DNA of 64,000 nt from Squalus acanthias (taxonomy: Eukaryota). Positions within the stretch are counted from its first letter, which is position 1; every line of letters begins with the position of its first letter. The notes under the pieces are model-generated. The model worked only from the letters and a program-made list of their open reading frames with translations. It had not been told where the DNA came from and did not search any database. The stretch spans positions 31,436,001 to 31,500,000 of the forward strand of contig CM059433.1 in NCBI GenBank assembly GCA_030390025.1, written 5' to 3'. A program made the position numbers and the translations under genes. Positions 61,944 to 64,000 of this stretch are shown here, piece after piece.

Positions 61944-62107
61944 CTGTAGGCATTGATTCCATCTTCACAGCTGCCTCCATTTTGACACCAGTGGTCCACA
62001 CATTCATTTCTGTTGAGCGTGCACCTGCTTCCCGTCCAGCCAGGTGCACAGTCACACATTCTCCGTGTGTCCTCACTCAGGAAACAGCGACCACCATTTG
62101 CACACGG
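61944..62107 (-). CDS. EYS: Internal coding exon of a multi-EGF protein, probably eyes shut homolog (exon-11 equivalent)
   Basis: Acceptor ...gtcctatAG at 62109-62108 and donor AG|GTacc at 61943. 164 bp, phase 0 to phase 2, no stops: PCANGGRCFLSEDTRRMCDCAPGWTGSRCTLNRNECVDHWCQNGGSCEDGINAY(R/S). This is the last five Cys of one EGF plus the first half of a Ca-binding EGF (N-x-N-E-C; C-x-D-x4-Y). It aligns with my recollection of human EYS ICANGCSCLSEEDSQ...WAG...NECQHEAVCKDEINRPR, an exon of similar size and phase. The EGF exon is secure; the EYS name rests on memory and is less certain. Confidence 0.75.
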
Positions 62108-63360
62108 CTATAGGACATTACCGGACCGGGGGGTGGGGTTGGGGAGCGGGGGTGGTGGTGGGGAGGCGGAGGGGAGAAAAAAATACACACACATATAAGG
62201 GTGGTTGATAAGATTATGCATTACATTTTGATTATTTCATAACATGACAGCATTTTAATGCTGATATGAGAAACAGCAAAACAGATGGCACTGTACAGTC
62301 AGCCACTTACTTACGCCACATGTAGCATGGGATCAGGTGCTGAAATGATAAAAATGATGGTGAACAATGTGAGTTATTAGGCGAGGAAGTGGTTTCCCAT
62401 TTAGCTACAGGAGACGATGCACAGAGTGAATCTGAAACAGCAAATCAATATAAGTTGCCCTTCAGAAATATACTAATTCAAAGGAAACATAATAAGGTAC
62501 CAATCAGACTTGGTCATATTCCATATCTCAAAATGCCACCAGGAAATTGTGCAAATATTCTCCACATTCTCCCTATTTTTCTTTTCAAATTGTAAGTCCT
62601 TGATGATTTCTTGTGAGGTGAAAACAGAATTACGCGCAATGACAACTGTACAGCAAGTTACTCACAAAGATTTTTTTTACTTAAAACTAAAGAAGGTGTC
62701 TGTTATCCTGCATATCAACATCAACCAAGGCCAGGATGTGATGCCCACCCAGCTTAGCCAGTGAAGGCACCAAAAGCATTGAGGCATCTCATTCCGCTAA
62801 CTTCTTTGTTTTGAGTGCATCTCTGGAGTGTTGGCACCATTCTCTTAGAAATATTGGGGGCAAACTTGGTCTTCAGTGAAAGCACGAAACAGGCGACAGC
62901 TAATCGGTCTGGTGTCAAATAATGGAAAAAGAAAACCAGGCAGAGTGTGAGACAAGATGCCGATTCGCTATCGCTCATTTCACACTCCTGCTGCAGACCC
63001 ATTTGCTTTCAATGATATCAACTATCCAGCTGCCAAGGTCAACAGGAGTTATGCACTTATTATTTTGGGTGTAGTTAGTGAGAAGGCAGGTGCTGCTCTC
63101 TCTTTGTGGTCAAGGTGACGGACCACAAAATGAGGAAAGTATATTTTCTGAATTTACGCCTCCTATCCAAAAAGGCTGCCCCACACCATGGCCTGGAAAA
63201 CCGGGCGTGCTGCTGCCATTACAGCAACCCTTAAATGAGGGAGTGGGGGTGGTGATCGGTGGCTAGCAGGGGGGTCGGTAGCCGGGACGGGGAGCAATCA
63301 GTAGCTGGGGATTAGTGGCCAGGGGAGGTTGGGTTGCTAGTGGCCGGGGGAGGTAGCGAT

Positions 63361-63697
63361 GAACGAATAAAAAGCTAGTATCAGTAATGGTGACCATGAA
63401 ACTACCAGATTGTCAGAAAAACCCCATCTGGTTCACACATGTCCTTTAGGGAAGGAAATCTGCCGTCCTTACCCAGTCTGGCCTATAATGTGACTCCAGA
63501 CCCACAGCAATGTGGTTGACTCTTAACTGCCCTCTGAAATGGCTGAGCAAGTCACTCAATTGTACCAAACCGCTACAACAAAATCAGCACTGTGGGGGTA
63601 CCTTCACCACACGGACTGCAGTGTTTCAAGAAGGTGGCTCACCACCACCTTCTCAAGGGCAATAAATGCCAGTCTTGCCAGTGACACCCACATCCCG
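63361..63697 (+). mobile_element. Internally deleted derivative of the second LINE family
   Basis: The 3' end cagcactgtgggggtaccttcaccacacggactgcag...cccacatccc matches 42063-42190. Confidence 0.65.
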
Positions 63698-64000
63698 TGT
63701 AGGGGGTGGTGTGTAGGGGTCAGCCTCAACTCTGACTCAGTGAGCGTTCGAATCGCTCCCACGCCCCTGGTTCTAGACCTTGGACTTATTTAGGGGTTGT
63801 GAACAAAGATGCAGTAGACAACAGGTTCTGATGAAAGAATTTTGACTTTATTAAAAGAAAAAGGTAACAAACTTAAAACACTCTTAATGCTTAAACACAG
63901 GTTGGGGAACACATTGGTACAAGCGAGGGAAATAACATTAGGAGAATACTTCACCCCTCCCAATCCCACTTCACTAGCTAGGCTGGACTCTGGAGAACCA
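63698..64000. mobile_element. Possible LTR-type element running off the window edge
   Basis: Starts abruptly with TGT, cutting the LINE tail; AATAAA on - at ~63850. The other end is not visible. Confidence 0.3.

Noticed and set aside
63825..63860. gttctgatgaaag as a third hammerhead
   Set aside because: No stem II or correctly placed GAAA/stem III follows

Overview
Repeat-dense vertebrate DNA, almost certainly from a cartilaginous fish. It carries DeuSINE/SacSINE1-type and HE1/V-SINE elements, CR1 and L2 LINEs, and shark-type Harbinger transposons. I can support one host coding exon: a 164-bp minus-strand EGF/calcium-binding-EGF exon at 61944-62107. It resembles my recollection of EYS (eyes shut homolog) exon 11, which would make most of the window one >61 kb intron. 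That intron holds three decayed PIF/Harbinger elements with convergent transposase and Myb/SANT genes. One is full-length with a solo LTR inserted at its start codon; another is split by a young CR1 and a MITE. There are also many Harbinger MITEs with 3-bp TSDs, Penelope-type repeats with decayed hammerhead-ribozyme cores, and a 4.3-kb (GT)-based complex microsatellite with a ~1.36-kb higher-order duplication beside an assembly gap. The best leads are a candidate alternative terminal exon (51529-51727) that completes the split EGF domain with canonical Cys spacing, a CpG-rich phase-compatible candidate first exon (46389-46543), and a two-promoter Harbinger MITE present in two near-identical copies. 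I found no convincing wholly new biological system. All assignments were made by eye, without database searches.
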